From positions 170,252,001-170,316,000 of the forward strand of contig OZ024741.1 in assembly GCA_964016885.1 (NCBI GenBank): 64,000 nucleotides of DNA. The letters are read 5' to 3'. This DNA comes from Eledone cirrhosa (taxonomy: Eukaryota). Numbering within the stretch: the first letter of the stretch is position 1; the number at the start of each line of letters is the position of its first letter. The notes below the pieces were generated by a model. It searched no databases and had not been told where the DNA came from. It was given only the letters and a program-made list of their open reading frames with translations. Below, in pieces: positions 1 to 11,990 of the stretch. Made by a program: the position numbers and the translations under genes.

Positions 1-1980
1 TGAAGAACGTCATCACAGAATTCTGCACAAAAGGCAGGCAAGCTGAATTCATTTCCGAGAAACATGACAGTGAAAACAAATCACTAGTTACAAACAAAAA
101 GGATTTCTGCCCAAAGAAAGGAAGGAATAAATCATTAGCCTACTACTGCGAACATATTATGAATTTTCCCGTTGAAAAGATTGGAAATAGAAACACCAAA
201 TCAAATGTTTCAAAACCTGAATAGGAGAACTAATTGATTTACAAGAAAACACTGAAATCATCACTATTAAAGAAGCTGATAAAAGTAGCACTGTAGTCAT
301 GAGAAATACAGACTACGATAAAGATCTAGCACTTAAATTGATAGAAGACAACAATTACTATGAACAAACAAGCAACTATAAAGAAAAACAATAACAGAAA
401 ACAATAACAGAAAATCGTTATATACCACAAAAGTTACATACCACAAAAGTCTTACCACGAAAAAACTGACTACATATGCCACTTAAAATGAAAAAGTATA
501 GCTTATTTTATGGCCTACAGAAAATATACAAATGAAAGCTGATAAATAATGTTTGGATAAAGCTCGACAACCCAGTTAACACCTGAAAACGATTTAAAGC
601 TCAGGCAAATAATAGCAGGTTCTGCATATGAAACCAACTGTTTGAGTAACCTGGATATCCTTCTAAAGCCCTTCATAAAACATTTACAGTGCTGTAAGAA
701 GGGCGAGAAATGCTGAATCATCTCCACAAAATAGAAAGTGAACACACAATTGTTGTTTCTTTCGACGTTGTCAACTTATAAACAAATATAATCCATAACT
801 ATAGAATAACTGCAATTGAATATTAGTTAGATACACAACAATCCGAATTACTGATACGCACCAAAAGAGACTTCATCATAGATGGACTCATATTCATAAT
901 ACAAAACAATTATTTTATGTCCAAAGGATTTTCTTACCGGCAAATATCAGGGACCCCAATAGGCAAGAAGGTAGCACCCATATGCGCCAATTTAGTTCAA
1001 TATAGTCCAAAACCAATCACGAATACTATTTGGAAATACATTTCCCACACGACTACAAAACAGACTTTTACTTTATTTTGTGATAGAAAAAACATTGATA
1101 GAATTCAGTCAGTCGAGTTTAATATCAAGGAACGAGTCTATTTAGATATCTCAATCTCAAAATCGGACGGAAGAATAGGAACAGACATTTTCTATAAACC
1201 CACCGACATTAAAATAGAACCTTCTATTCACATCAAGTCATCCAAAATACAGGAAATTAAACATTCCAAACAGAATATGCACAATATTATCGAAGCCGAT
1301 CAAATGTAAGTAAAGATCGGAAGAAGTGAAAAACATACTTATCCAAAGAGCTTTCCGACTTGGCATAATCACTAGGCAAAATACATAGATATATGTATAA
1401 GGAAAATGAAAACAAAACCAGGAAACATGTTTTATATATGTGTAAGTTTTCAACTCCAGAAATGTTGAAATGTCTGACAACCTCCGCAAACACCTCGCTA
1501 TTCTATATGACGATGAAAAAATGGAATATATTCTTTAAACACGCCAAATCATAAAAAATAAAAGACAGCCTAAAACACTAAAATATATCCTCATTGGAGA
1601 AGTTCCCATAAACAAACCTCCAACACCAATGTTACAAAATGTGGAAGAACAAACTGTGGTAACTGCTTATAGGACCAGAATTCAATTTTAAGGTTGGACA
1701 AATCTTCAGAGTAAAATAAAATTTCACTTGCAACTTGGAAAACCTAATCTATGTGGTTACATGCTGTGATTGTCTGTAAAAGTTCTTAGGACAGGTGGGA
1801 GTGACATTACTCAAAAGCATACCCCACCAGCAAATCTATCAGTGACGAAAATACGAGGCAAATCCTCATAAGTAGTCACAAGATGTTCCCACTCTACAAG
1901 TACCCAGACTCTTTCCCTCAACAACAGAGAATAAATACAGAAAAACAATTCATTAACAAATATAAATCATAGTTAAATGT
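1..1980 (+). mobile_element. Degenerate Penelope-like element (RT + GIY-YIG), probably Neptune/Poseidon type
   Basis: Frameshifted peptides IKEADKSSTVVM, SFDVVNL, YRQISGTPIGKKVAPICANL, DIFYKPTD, CGRTNCGNC, FTCNLENLIYVVTCCDC and EKQFINKYK occur in PLE order. Confidence 0.85.
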
Positions 1981-2189
1981 AATTTCCTTATAAGACAATG
2001 AATAATGAACTATATATTGGAACAACCAATTTACACATATATGTATGCAATTATTCTCATGTACAAACACACACATACAACTTCCACGAACACATACACC
2101 ACAAGATAAAATGAAAAACCAACTCCAAAGACAATCTTTCATGATTAGAAATTTCTACCAGATGTTATCTTTAGAAGTATTTATTTATT

Positions 2190-2470
2190 AACCCAGGGTC
2201 TGCTGCATGTCGGGACAAGGAGGGTAAACTCTCCAAGCATCGGTCGATCTCCGACATGTTTGCGGTCGAGCCCGTAGCAGTGGAAACGTCTGGCGTCATT
2301 GGCCTGAAGACCACCTCCCTACTCATCACCACCAGCTTAGAGTTAGAGTTGGCTACCCGCAGCCGTGAGCCTCGCGAGCTGGAATGGCTCTTCCAGTGCG
2401 TCTCTCTCACCATCCTGCGGGCAAAACGCCTTCTGTATTCTCTCTGCCGGGGCTCCCATTTGCTTATAAT
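2190..2470 (+). mobile_element. 3' fragment of an RLE-type non-LTR element (CRE-like)
   Basis: FAVEPVAVETSGVIG...ELEWLFQCVSLTILR resembles the restriction-like endonuclease C-terminus (P.AVET.G..G ... LFQRLS.A.QRGN). Confidence 0.65.
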
Positions 2471-2504
2471 AGTGAGAGAAATAACTAATGTTTAACTTAA
2501 TAAT

Positions 2505-2617
2505 TGTTTCTACTTTAGGCACAAGGCCAGCAATTAGCCAGTGCATTACTGGTACTTTATTTTATCGACCCCGTAAGGATGAAAGGCAAAGTCAACCTCG
2601 GCGGGATTTGAACTCAG
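2505..2617 (-). mobile_element. tRNA-derived Meta-type SINE, 5' truncated
   Basis: B box GAGTTCAAATCCC and core GACTTTGCCTTTCATCCTTACGGGGTCGATAAAAT on minus; 18-bp TSD aatgtttaacttaataat at 2487-2504 and 2618-2635. Confidence 0.85.
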
Positions 2618-3450
2618 AATGTTTAACTTAATAATGAATAACAAATATGTATTTATTAAATCTGCCAGAAACCTCTTCTTTGACAAATGTAAACACCCTC
2701 CACAAAGGACCGCTGTCAATCATGTTTATATCTATAATCGTATATTTATTTATTTCTCTTCATTATTTTATTCTTGTTTTTATTTGCAAACTTTCAAATA
2801 AAATTTGAAATGAAACTCCACATCAGCACACGCACACACACACAAACACACACGGACACGCACACGCACACAAACACACACCCCACACACCACAAAGACA
2901 AAAAAAGAATCACAATTTTTCTATAAACACGACACCGACAAACAAATTTTCATATGTCAAACATGATTGTACCATAATTTTTTCCTATATGTTATATTAA
3001 TATAATCCATATTATTTCTATATTTCTTTTGTATTTTCAATCATTTTTATATCAACGTTTATTTATTTTTTTGGTAGTCTTTATTCTTTTGTTCTTGTTA
3101 TTGTCTACAGACCCCGAAAATTGAACTCTCTCCACAATGAAACTCTTCTTAAATGCCCCCACCTACACACAAAAGAACAACAAAACATAATCGGAATAGA
3201 AAAGGAACTTTATATCTAAATATATAATCGTCTAGTAAATCCACTCTCGTCACATCGCCTTCATAAAAAATATATACAAAAAGAGATTTTGAAAGACAAT
3301 TCACATATGTTCTAACTGCGTACATAATATGAGAACATACCTTTTAAATATTTGATAATTTAATGTAACAAATCTAAAAATATGTTCTGTCGTCGGATGA
3401 AAGAAAAATAGAATCTTTAAATATACACCTGTGCCATTCCATTTTTATTT

Positions 3451-3500
<50 letters not shown>

Positions 3501-3505
<5 letters not shown>

Positions 3506-3815
3506 TCTACTTTTGGCACAAGGCCAGTAATTCCCCAGTACATTACTGGTACTTTATTTTATCGACGCCGTAAGGATGAAAGGCAAAGTTAACCGCGGCG
3601 GGATTAGAACTCAGAATGGCAAGGGCCGTAACTCTATACGTCAAAGCATGGCGTCCGACCCTCTACCGACACTACCAATCCACCGTTAAATCGACTGGTA
3701 CTTTATATTCTCGAGCTCTTAAGGATGAAAGGCAAAGTGAACGTGGGCGGGATTTGAACTCAGATCATAAAGGGCCGTAACTCTATGTTGCAAAGCATGG
3801 TGTCCAACCCTCTAC
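3501..3815 (-). mobile_element. Two tandem Meta-type SINE copies
   Basis: Same SINE family, at about 3501-3685 and 3693-3815. Confidence 0.85.
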
Positions 3816-4059
3816 CTGCCAGGCTTGTTACTCAGAATATATAAATTTACATATAAATATATATACATATGCACACATGTACACACAAACACACAGATAT
3901 TTATTAATACTGAAATAGAATACAATATGAAAACAAATACAAAATGTATCGTTTGTTAACCTTTTAAATATCTGGTATCTTCAGTAATTAATCAATTGTG
4001 AAACTGGAAACTACGTCTTACAATATAATTTCACTAAATAGAGTTTGTTTGATGATAGC

Positions 4060-4600
4060 TGCGCAATATCGAATCGCTCTAGGTTGGGCAGCTTTTAACA
4101 AGAACAAGCAAGTACTGACATCAAAACGAGTTTCCTATCATTTGAAGGCTAAGATCTTTGATACTTACATCCTACCAGTTGTGTTATATGGTCTTGACTG
4201 TGTTAATTGGACGACAAGGTCACTTCAGAAGCTCTCTACACTCTAGAACCACATCATGAGACTTATGACTGGCAAGCGGCTCAGCGACCGTATCTGTATC
4301 AGTGAGCTGCTCAACATTACCAAACTTAGACCAATTACATGAATTGTCAAGTCAAGAGTACTCAAACTATACTATAAAAATAATCAACTCGTGGTGTGAG
4401 TAGGTTTTGATTGGAAGGAAGGTTGGTTGGTAAGAGAAGCAGTGTCCGGCAGCCAAAACGATGGCTTGACAATGTCAATTTATGGACTGGACTTGATCTT
4501 TGCTCTTTGAACTCTGTTGCTGGTGATCGAACTTTGTGGAGAGAGATATCACATGTTAATGCGCAGTCTGCAACTGGTGGAGTTTAGCGTCACAAGAAGA
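4060..4600 (+). mobile_element. RTE-clade LINE 3' fragment
   Basis: RIALGWAAFNK...KAKIFDTYILPVVLYGLDCVNWT followed by GKRS..RQPKRWLDNV. Confidence 0.75.
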
Positions 4601-4789
4601 AATAGAGGTTATAGAATACCACATTTCTTACGTTTACAAATTCCAATACCACGACTTATCACCCCCTCCTCATATACCTAACGATGATGTCACTCTGTGG
4701 TTGATCGATCTGCGAGAAATAGTTGCTAAATCTTCCTCAAATTCTACTTACTATTTTAAATGATTAAATATACAGGATTGTTTAATAAT

Positions 4790-4968
4790 TGTTTCTACTT
4801 TAGGCACAAGGCTAGCAATCACCCAGTGCATTACTGGTACTTTATTTTATCGACCCCGTAAGGATGAAAGGCAAAGTCAACCTCGGCGGGATTTGAACTC
4901 AGATCGTAAAGGGACGTAACTATGCTGGAAAGCATGGCGTCCGACCCTCTACCGATACTGCCAATCCA
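4790..4968 (-). mobile_element. Meta-type SINE, near full length
   Basis: A box TGGCAGTATCGGT and B box GAGTTCAAATCCC; 18-bp TSD acaggattgtttaataat at 4772-4789 and 4969-4986. Confidence 0.9.
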
Positions 4969-6556
4969 ACAGGATTGTTTAATAATGAATGTAATAAGTC
5001 TGACACGAAGCCGGGATTGTAAGAGTTAGAATATCGGCACAGGAAATGCTTCTCGCAGCACCTTCATTTACTACAGAGACAACGGAAAGCGGAGTCATAA
5101 TCTCCTACAAAAGTAAAACATTTGCGACATCTTTAAAATACGCATAAACTCCTCACCAAAAAATACAAATAATCATTACAAATATACTTTACAAGAAAGT
5201 CATTACTAAAAGATAACAATCTAAACTACAATTATCTTCCTTCACAATGCCAAACCTATAAACAGAATACATTTAAATATAAATGTGTCATTTACAGATA
5301 TGAATTTGTAAACAAAAAAATCAAAATATTCTACAATACAACACCAACAGCTATTAAAACACTGATAGATTTTCTCATTAATCACTTATTCAAGAAATGT
5401 TCTTACAAATGAAAAACCACATACTCATCAAAATCAGACTACAATGGTGGTTGTGGTGGACTTATTTACAAATAATGTGTATTTAATATATCAAAACTTA
5501 CATTCATTAACTAGTAAAGAGCAATACTACACAAGAAATGGGGGCTTTCAATATAAAAATAATTATCAAGACTAAGCAGTATAACAAGTGTGTATATTTG
5601 ACAATCTCCACCTAACATTCAAATAGACTACATACTTTTTACAAACATCATTACATACTTTTTGCAAACAACACAGTCAAATAACACAAGCAAAAAACAA
5701 AAAAACAAAAAAAAACAACATAAACAACCCATATATGATGTATTGTAATCGCAATTCGACATCATATACATTTTAAACAATCGATAATAACAATAATAAC
5801 AACAACGGCAACGAGGACAGCAACAACAAGAAGAATAACGAGGGCGGAGATAAAAAGAATAACAAAAACAATGACACACCCAAGCATACACATAGTTACT
5901 GAAGCCAACTGCAACATTATTTTAAAGTTTTATATATGAAAAAAGAAGAGCATGTAAATCTAACCGGTCTCTTTATGTTATATCCCTTAATTATGCCAAT
6001 TACACCTTGGTAAATGTGCAGTAAACCATCTTTTATGCGTAAGAATGTAAACAGGTGATCGCACCAAGGTACAACGCAAGTTGTTACCGGTCTGCAAAGA
6101 AAAAACAAACGATAAAAAACAGATTGCCCTTAATTTGGCATGCAAATCCATTTGATAATCTACCCTTAATTTCTAGAAGATATCGTATTTTCTTCTTGAG
6201 AGTGATTAACAAATACGATTAGATTTGTTTTCTGTCTCCAATGCGAAGCGAAATATTATTTAATAAATCATTTGTTGTATACAGCATTCACTATCTCCTT
6301 AACTTAACCAAATCTTATCCATCTATCTATCTATCTATCTGGGATGGACACGCGCGTAAAACTTGCTGGGTAAGTTCTGCCTAAAGTTCCATAGAAATTC
6401 CAAACTGTAAACTTTCATTTTTGTACCATTTCGTAGAGGGACTGCCAGGTCAAATTTTGATCTGGTCAGTCTCTCAAATTATTCTACGCCTTTAGGCGAA
6501 ATTGTGTTTAAACAAATTTTTTTTTATCTTTCGAAAAATTTCCTTCTTTGATAAAA

Positions 6557-8128
6557 ATGGCTGAAGTAGCTTCACCAACATTCAAAGAAAGAAAAGGGAA
6601 GCTAAACTCACAGCTTCCCCCTGCCACTGGCAGAGCAGCAGATGCCAAAGGCAGAGGTCAGCCAGAGGTAGAACTTTCTCCACCTGCTGACCGACAACTT
6701 GATGTAGCCACAACAACACAAGAAACCGAAAACAACAACAACAACAACGACAACAACAGTAACAATAAAGACAACAACAACAACAAGACCAACACCAATG
6801 ATAACAACAACAATGATAACAACAACACCACCAACTACAACAGCAACACAAACAAGGAAAAGGTCTCCTTCGCCCAGACGGCAAGGAAAACCCTCGACTA
6901 TCTGCCAGTAGATATAAGCAAAGCGAAGGAGCTACTGGCAGATGCCAAAAAATACATAGTGTACGGGGAAAATGGATCATTTTCGATCTCCCCCCCCCCC
7001 CCGAACTAAAAAGCCAGAGACTCCTAAACACTGTCATGTTTAGGACAGTCTCAAACAAAAGCAAAAAACCAGCTCAACCATCACAGAGTGAGATAGAGCT
7101 GGTTTTAAAAGATGTCATGAAAGACATCATATTCATTCAGAAGGATAGACTCTACGGGAGTCTATCCATTCTCATGAATGGATAGCGAAACTGTCAATAA
7201 AACGAATCACATCCACCGCATACACCTTCTACCCTACGTACATGGGTAGAAGGACGCAAAAAATAAAAATTCACACCATCCTTCCGATTATGGACGTATG
7301 GTGGGTATTGACAAGTTTCCTGGACCTAGACGATGACACACTAATATCCATGGGAAAGGCATCGGGTGACGCGTTCAGTGGAACGGGCCTCGAACTTGTA
7401 GTTCAAATGAGGCCCGAAAGGATCGCCCAGATCCCTAAACGCGTCATACTGGATGATCAAACAGTTATCAACATTACCGTTGAGGGTAGGTGGCCCTCGT
7501 GTTACCTCTGTGGAACCAGAGGTCACCTGAGGGCTGTCTGTCCTCAACTTAAAAAGAAAACCCCAATCCTGCCTATACCACCAACAACTGCACAACCAAC
7601 ACAATCAAAAGAAAAAGAGAAAACACGCCTCAGACACACAAATGAAAACAACCCCTCCCCAAAACATAACACAGACACCAACACAAAAGAGCACACAACA
7701 ACAGCAAACAAAAAACAACACACAAAAACAAAAACATGCATACACATAAATAAACGCAAGAAATAAAAAAAACTGCTAAACAGTGTATGCAACAACAATT
7801 TAGTAAAAACCCAAGGGCCTAACTTCACCCAGGCAGGGGATTTCCCCCACTTCAAAATGATTAAGGCCCCAGAGGACACATATAAAACTCTAAAAAACAA
7901 CTTTAAAGAGGACGTGCCCCCCCCCCCCCCCCCCCCTGCGTCGGGCCCATTAACCGCGTCCTCCTAAAAAATGTCCCCACCCCCTCCCCAAACACCCACA
8001 TAACTCCAAACACCCCAACCACACAAAACACTGATGCCCCTACACTTCCACAAACCACCACCCCACCCAACAACCCCACCCCACCCTCATGGAAATTGTG
8101 CAGCCCGATACGCGGGACACAGAGGTAA
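6557..8128 (+). pseudogene. Tx1 ORF1 (gag-like), frameshifted
   Basis: ATG at 6557, Asn-rich tract, SFAQ motif, knuckle CYLCGTRGHLRAVC; reading frame broken, including at a poly-C run. Confidence 0.8.
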
Positions 8129-8152
8129 GTGCCTTTTCTCTTCACCACCAAC

Positions 8153-11100
8153 ATGGCTATGCTAAGAGTAGGCTGTCTAAATGCGCGTTGGCTCAACTTG
8201 GAAGCAAGCAGTGCTACTAAATGACCTCAGGTCACAACGTATAGATGTGATGGTTATTTGCGAGGCTCGGATCAGCCACGTCCCCCACCTTTGATGACTT
8301 TGAGATGCACGCATCTCTCTGTCAGCCCTAGGTGGGGGTGGGGTTGTCGTTCTGCTGCAAAAACATCTGGGTCTCGCAACACAGACGGTACATTTGGACC
8401 CGGAGGGTCGACTAGTGGTTCTGGACCTTGGCAGTGGTGAAGGCGGAGCGTTTAGGCTGGTCGCCGTCTACGGCCCTTTCGGGTCAACGCTGCCGCACTT
8501 CTTCCATCATCTGGAAACTTTTCTAAGGACGTCCCGCTCCTTGTTATTAGAGGGGGTCTGGAATGGTATCCTAAATGCACGTTGGGACTACGTAGGGGCC
8601 TGTCCCGATAGAGAGGGGTGTAACAGCCTCAAAGGGTTAATCGGTCGATTTGACCTGGCCGATAGATATCGACTAGATTTTCCGACTGCGCCAACCTGGA
8701 CTTGGGCAAACCGCAGCGGATCATCTAGGTCGTACCTAGATATGTTCTTAGTTACAAATAAGGATAAGGACTTTTTAAGTTGTCCAAAAATGCTCATGGT
8801 TGGCTATTCAGAGCACAAGTTAGTGACCTGCATGGTCAACCTTGACAGAACGCATAGACAGGGACCCGGTTACTGGAAGCTCAACTTGTCCTTACGAGCA
8901 TGTATGGCTTACGATGATCGGATTAACACTTTAGTTATGGAGCGGTTGACGGGCGCCATCGTCAACAGCAGGTGGTGGGGATCTCTCAAAAGAGAGATTA
9001 GAGTAGACTCTATAGAATTTAGTAAGGAGTTAGCCTCAAATAGAAATAGGAAGGAAAGGGAGTTGGTAGATAGTGTAGAAGAGGCAATTAGAAGCGGCGA
9101 CGTGTCCAGAGTGCAAGCGTCGAGAACAGCCCTGGGCCAGTTCTTCGACGCGAAACACAAAGGCTGCATCGTCCGAAGCAAAATACGTGCTCTGGGAAGC
9201 GAGCGGACCAAAGCTGTTAGCTGGGCCCGCGTGACAGAAGCCAAAAGAGGGAGTAGATCCACTATCCGGTCTTTGCGAGACCAGGATGGACGGGTGATCC
9301 TTGAACCTAAGCAGATGTGCGAGGCTTTTCAAAAGCACTTTGCCAGATTGTTCGGGAGGGGCGGGGAACCGTTTGGGGATGTGGACTTCGGTCCATACCT
9401 CGACGGCCTGCCGCGTCTCTCGGACAGGGAGGCGAAGTCCTGCGAGGAGCCAATTTCAGCCGCTGAGATAGAGGACGTGCTGAGCCAATGCGGCAAACGC
9501 AAATCCCCGGGTCTCGATGGTCTTCCATACGAACTATATCTAGCTATGCCGGACTTGTTCCCCGATCTCCTCGAGGCGGTCTACTGCAACTGGCAACAGA
9601 ACGGGAGAATTCCCTGTGCTGTGACCAAGGGCGTAGTCACGCTAGTGAGGAAGGACGAGAACAAGGGGGACGATATAAATAATTTCAGGCCCATAACTCT
9701 GCTAAATACAGAGTTACAGATTTTGGCCAAGGTGCTAGCAAAGAGGTTTGCGCTTGTCGTGGGCAACCTGGTGGGAGATGCGCAGACATGTTCTATCCCG
9801 TCCAGGTCCATCCACGACAACCTCCACCTCATGCGATACATCATAGAGAGGGATGGAAACGCACCCGGCTTTGGTGGGGCCCTGATCAACTTGGATCAAT
9901 CTAAGGCGTTTGATAGGGTCGACCATGGTTACCTGGATGCGGTGCTAGCGGCGGCAGGATTCGGACCCGTTTTCAGGGGCTGGATCACTGCCATGCACAG
10001 CAGCCGCATCTGCTCTAGGGTCAAGGTGAACGGCTACCTCTCGGAGCCGTTCGAAATCGCGGAGACCATCCGACAAGGGTGCCCTCTCTCTTTCTTTCTG
10101 TATGTAATAACACTAGAGCCACTGCTGCGGAAGTTGGAGTTGTTGCAGGGCATCCCGTTGGAACCTGGATTGCGAAAAGCGGTGTCGGCCTACGCCGATG
10201 ACGTAACAGTAATGGTTTCGACGGCCTCGGAAATCGGGGCGATCGACACCTTACTGGAAGAGTACGAATGGTTTACAGGGGCTAAGCTGAACCGGGACAA
10301 GTCGATCGGTCTGCAACTCAGCACATGGAGGGGCAGATCGATGCCCTCCAATGCCGTCGTCGGGCGCTGGACGGAGGGCCCGGTGAAGTTGCTCGGGGTC
10401 TGGTTCGGACCAGACCTCCAGGTGGAGAAGAACTGGGGTGAGGTAACGAACAGGGTGTTTGCACAGACCCAGATGTGGGCCGAGTACAAACTGTACCTGA
10501 AAGGTCGGGCTGAGGTAGCGAACACTTATATAGCGTCCGTCATCTACTACCGCATGAACGTCGAGCCTTGCCCAAGGGAAACGCTCGCCAAAATGGAGCG
10601 AGCACTCTTCCAATTCCTTTGGAAGAAGCGGGCTCCTATGGTGGGGAGATCCATCTGCTGTCAACACCCTTCGAAAGGAGGGTTGGGGATGCCGTGGCTA
10701 ATGATACGTAAACACGCATTAAGGCTACAGCACCTCCAGGTATTCCTCACCAGTCAACCGGTGTGGGCCCCGTTTGTGAGGTGAGCCTTTCCCGGACTCG
10801 TCTCGCTCACCGAGCTGCAATCCTGGTCAATCAAAGACCGAGAAAACTGGGCGCCTGGCAAACCGAGTGTGCTCAGGCGCTCACGGCTATCTGGCAGGCG
10901 GACCCGGCTATCAGTGGAGACTCCACCTCGACATTCTATAGATGGCTGGTGCGACGACGCCCTCGGAGAAGCCCTAGACATGGAGGAAGATGGACTGGCG
11001 AGCCTGTTCGGTAGGACATTTAACCCGTCTCCTATGGACTACTTCCAGAGGTCCCTGGCCTGGCAGTGCTACCGAGGGGCTCTTCCCGTTCGAGAAAAAC

Positions 11101-11561
11101 CTCTACAGACACGGGCGCCCGGGTAGGGACCCCTCGAAAAAGATCTGTCCCAGATGCGTGCGCGACGAGGAAACCGTCGCGCATGCATTGGTACACTGCC
11201 CGGGCGTCGCCGATCTGTGGGACTATGTCGAACGACTGCTGTCACGGGTGGAACATATCCGGTTGACCACCGAGTCCATTATAACGATCAAGCCGCATCC
11301 CCCTTCAAAAATGAAGGAGAGGCGGTGTTTCTGTGCGTAATAGTCATGGTAAAAGAGGTTGTATGGTGGACGCGTTTGAAAGGGCTGAAGTCGGGCACCT
11401 TTCTCTCCGGCCAACAACTGGTCATTTACTTCCGATATCATTTCGGAAGAAGGATCAGGATGGAGAGAGAGGTGCCCCACTCCAGCCAGTTTTATGAAAG
11501 GTGGGTGAAAGTGGCGAGAATGGCCCGTGTTAATGGGCCTTCTCTCTATATCAGCCTGTAG
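8153..11561 (+). pseudogene. Tx1 ORF2 (APE endonuclease, RT, C-terminal CCHC), disrupted
   Basis: MAMLRVGCLNAR start, RLVAVYGP, SYLD, YSEH, KSPGLDG, RPITLLN, LDQSKAFDRV, RQGCPLS, YADD, CPRCVRDEETVAHALVHC; stop at 10784 and frameshifts. Confidence 0.92.
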
Positions 11562-11879
11562 GTGAAAAAGATGGAAGAACAAGGGAGCACCCTCTCTTTG
11601 TGCTCCTGAGGAGAAGGGTTGCACACTTTTTCGGGGGTGTGTGAGAGCCCCCAAAACGCCTCCTCCCTATTGAGGACTTTATTATTAATTTTATATTTCT
11701 TATTTATTTTTTACTCGTTCTTTTGTGTAACCCCCCCCCCTTGTATTTGTCAACTTCTTTTGTGCCCTCGTGGCAATAAATAAAAATGTATCTATCTATC
11801 TATCTATCTGTCAATGTATCTATCAATCTATCAATCTATTCATCTAACTGTTTATTTATCTATCTATATATCTATCTGT

Positions 11880-11971
11880 TTCAATATTTTTGCACGACTG
11901 TATGTAAAATCCCCGGCATTTGTCTTTGTTTTGTCCCCTTTTCTTGTGCGCCCTTTTGGCAAATAAAAAAA
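11880..11971 (+). mobile_element. About 90-bp Tx1 3'-end fragment (copy C-like subfamily)
   Basis: Matches the reverse complement of 23570-23650; flanked by (TATC)n-like tracts on both sides. Confidence 0.75.
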
Positions 11972-11990
11972 TCTATCTATCTATGTATCT

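Larger units (their letters stand above)
6341..11786 (+). mobile_element. Near full-length Tx1 (L1-group) LINE, copy A
   Basis: 5'UTR, ORF1 with CCHC knuckle, ORF2 with APE, RT and CCHC, 3'UTR ending AATAAATAAAAA; (ATCT)n on both flanks. Confidence 0.92.
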
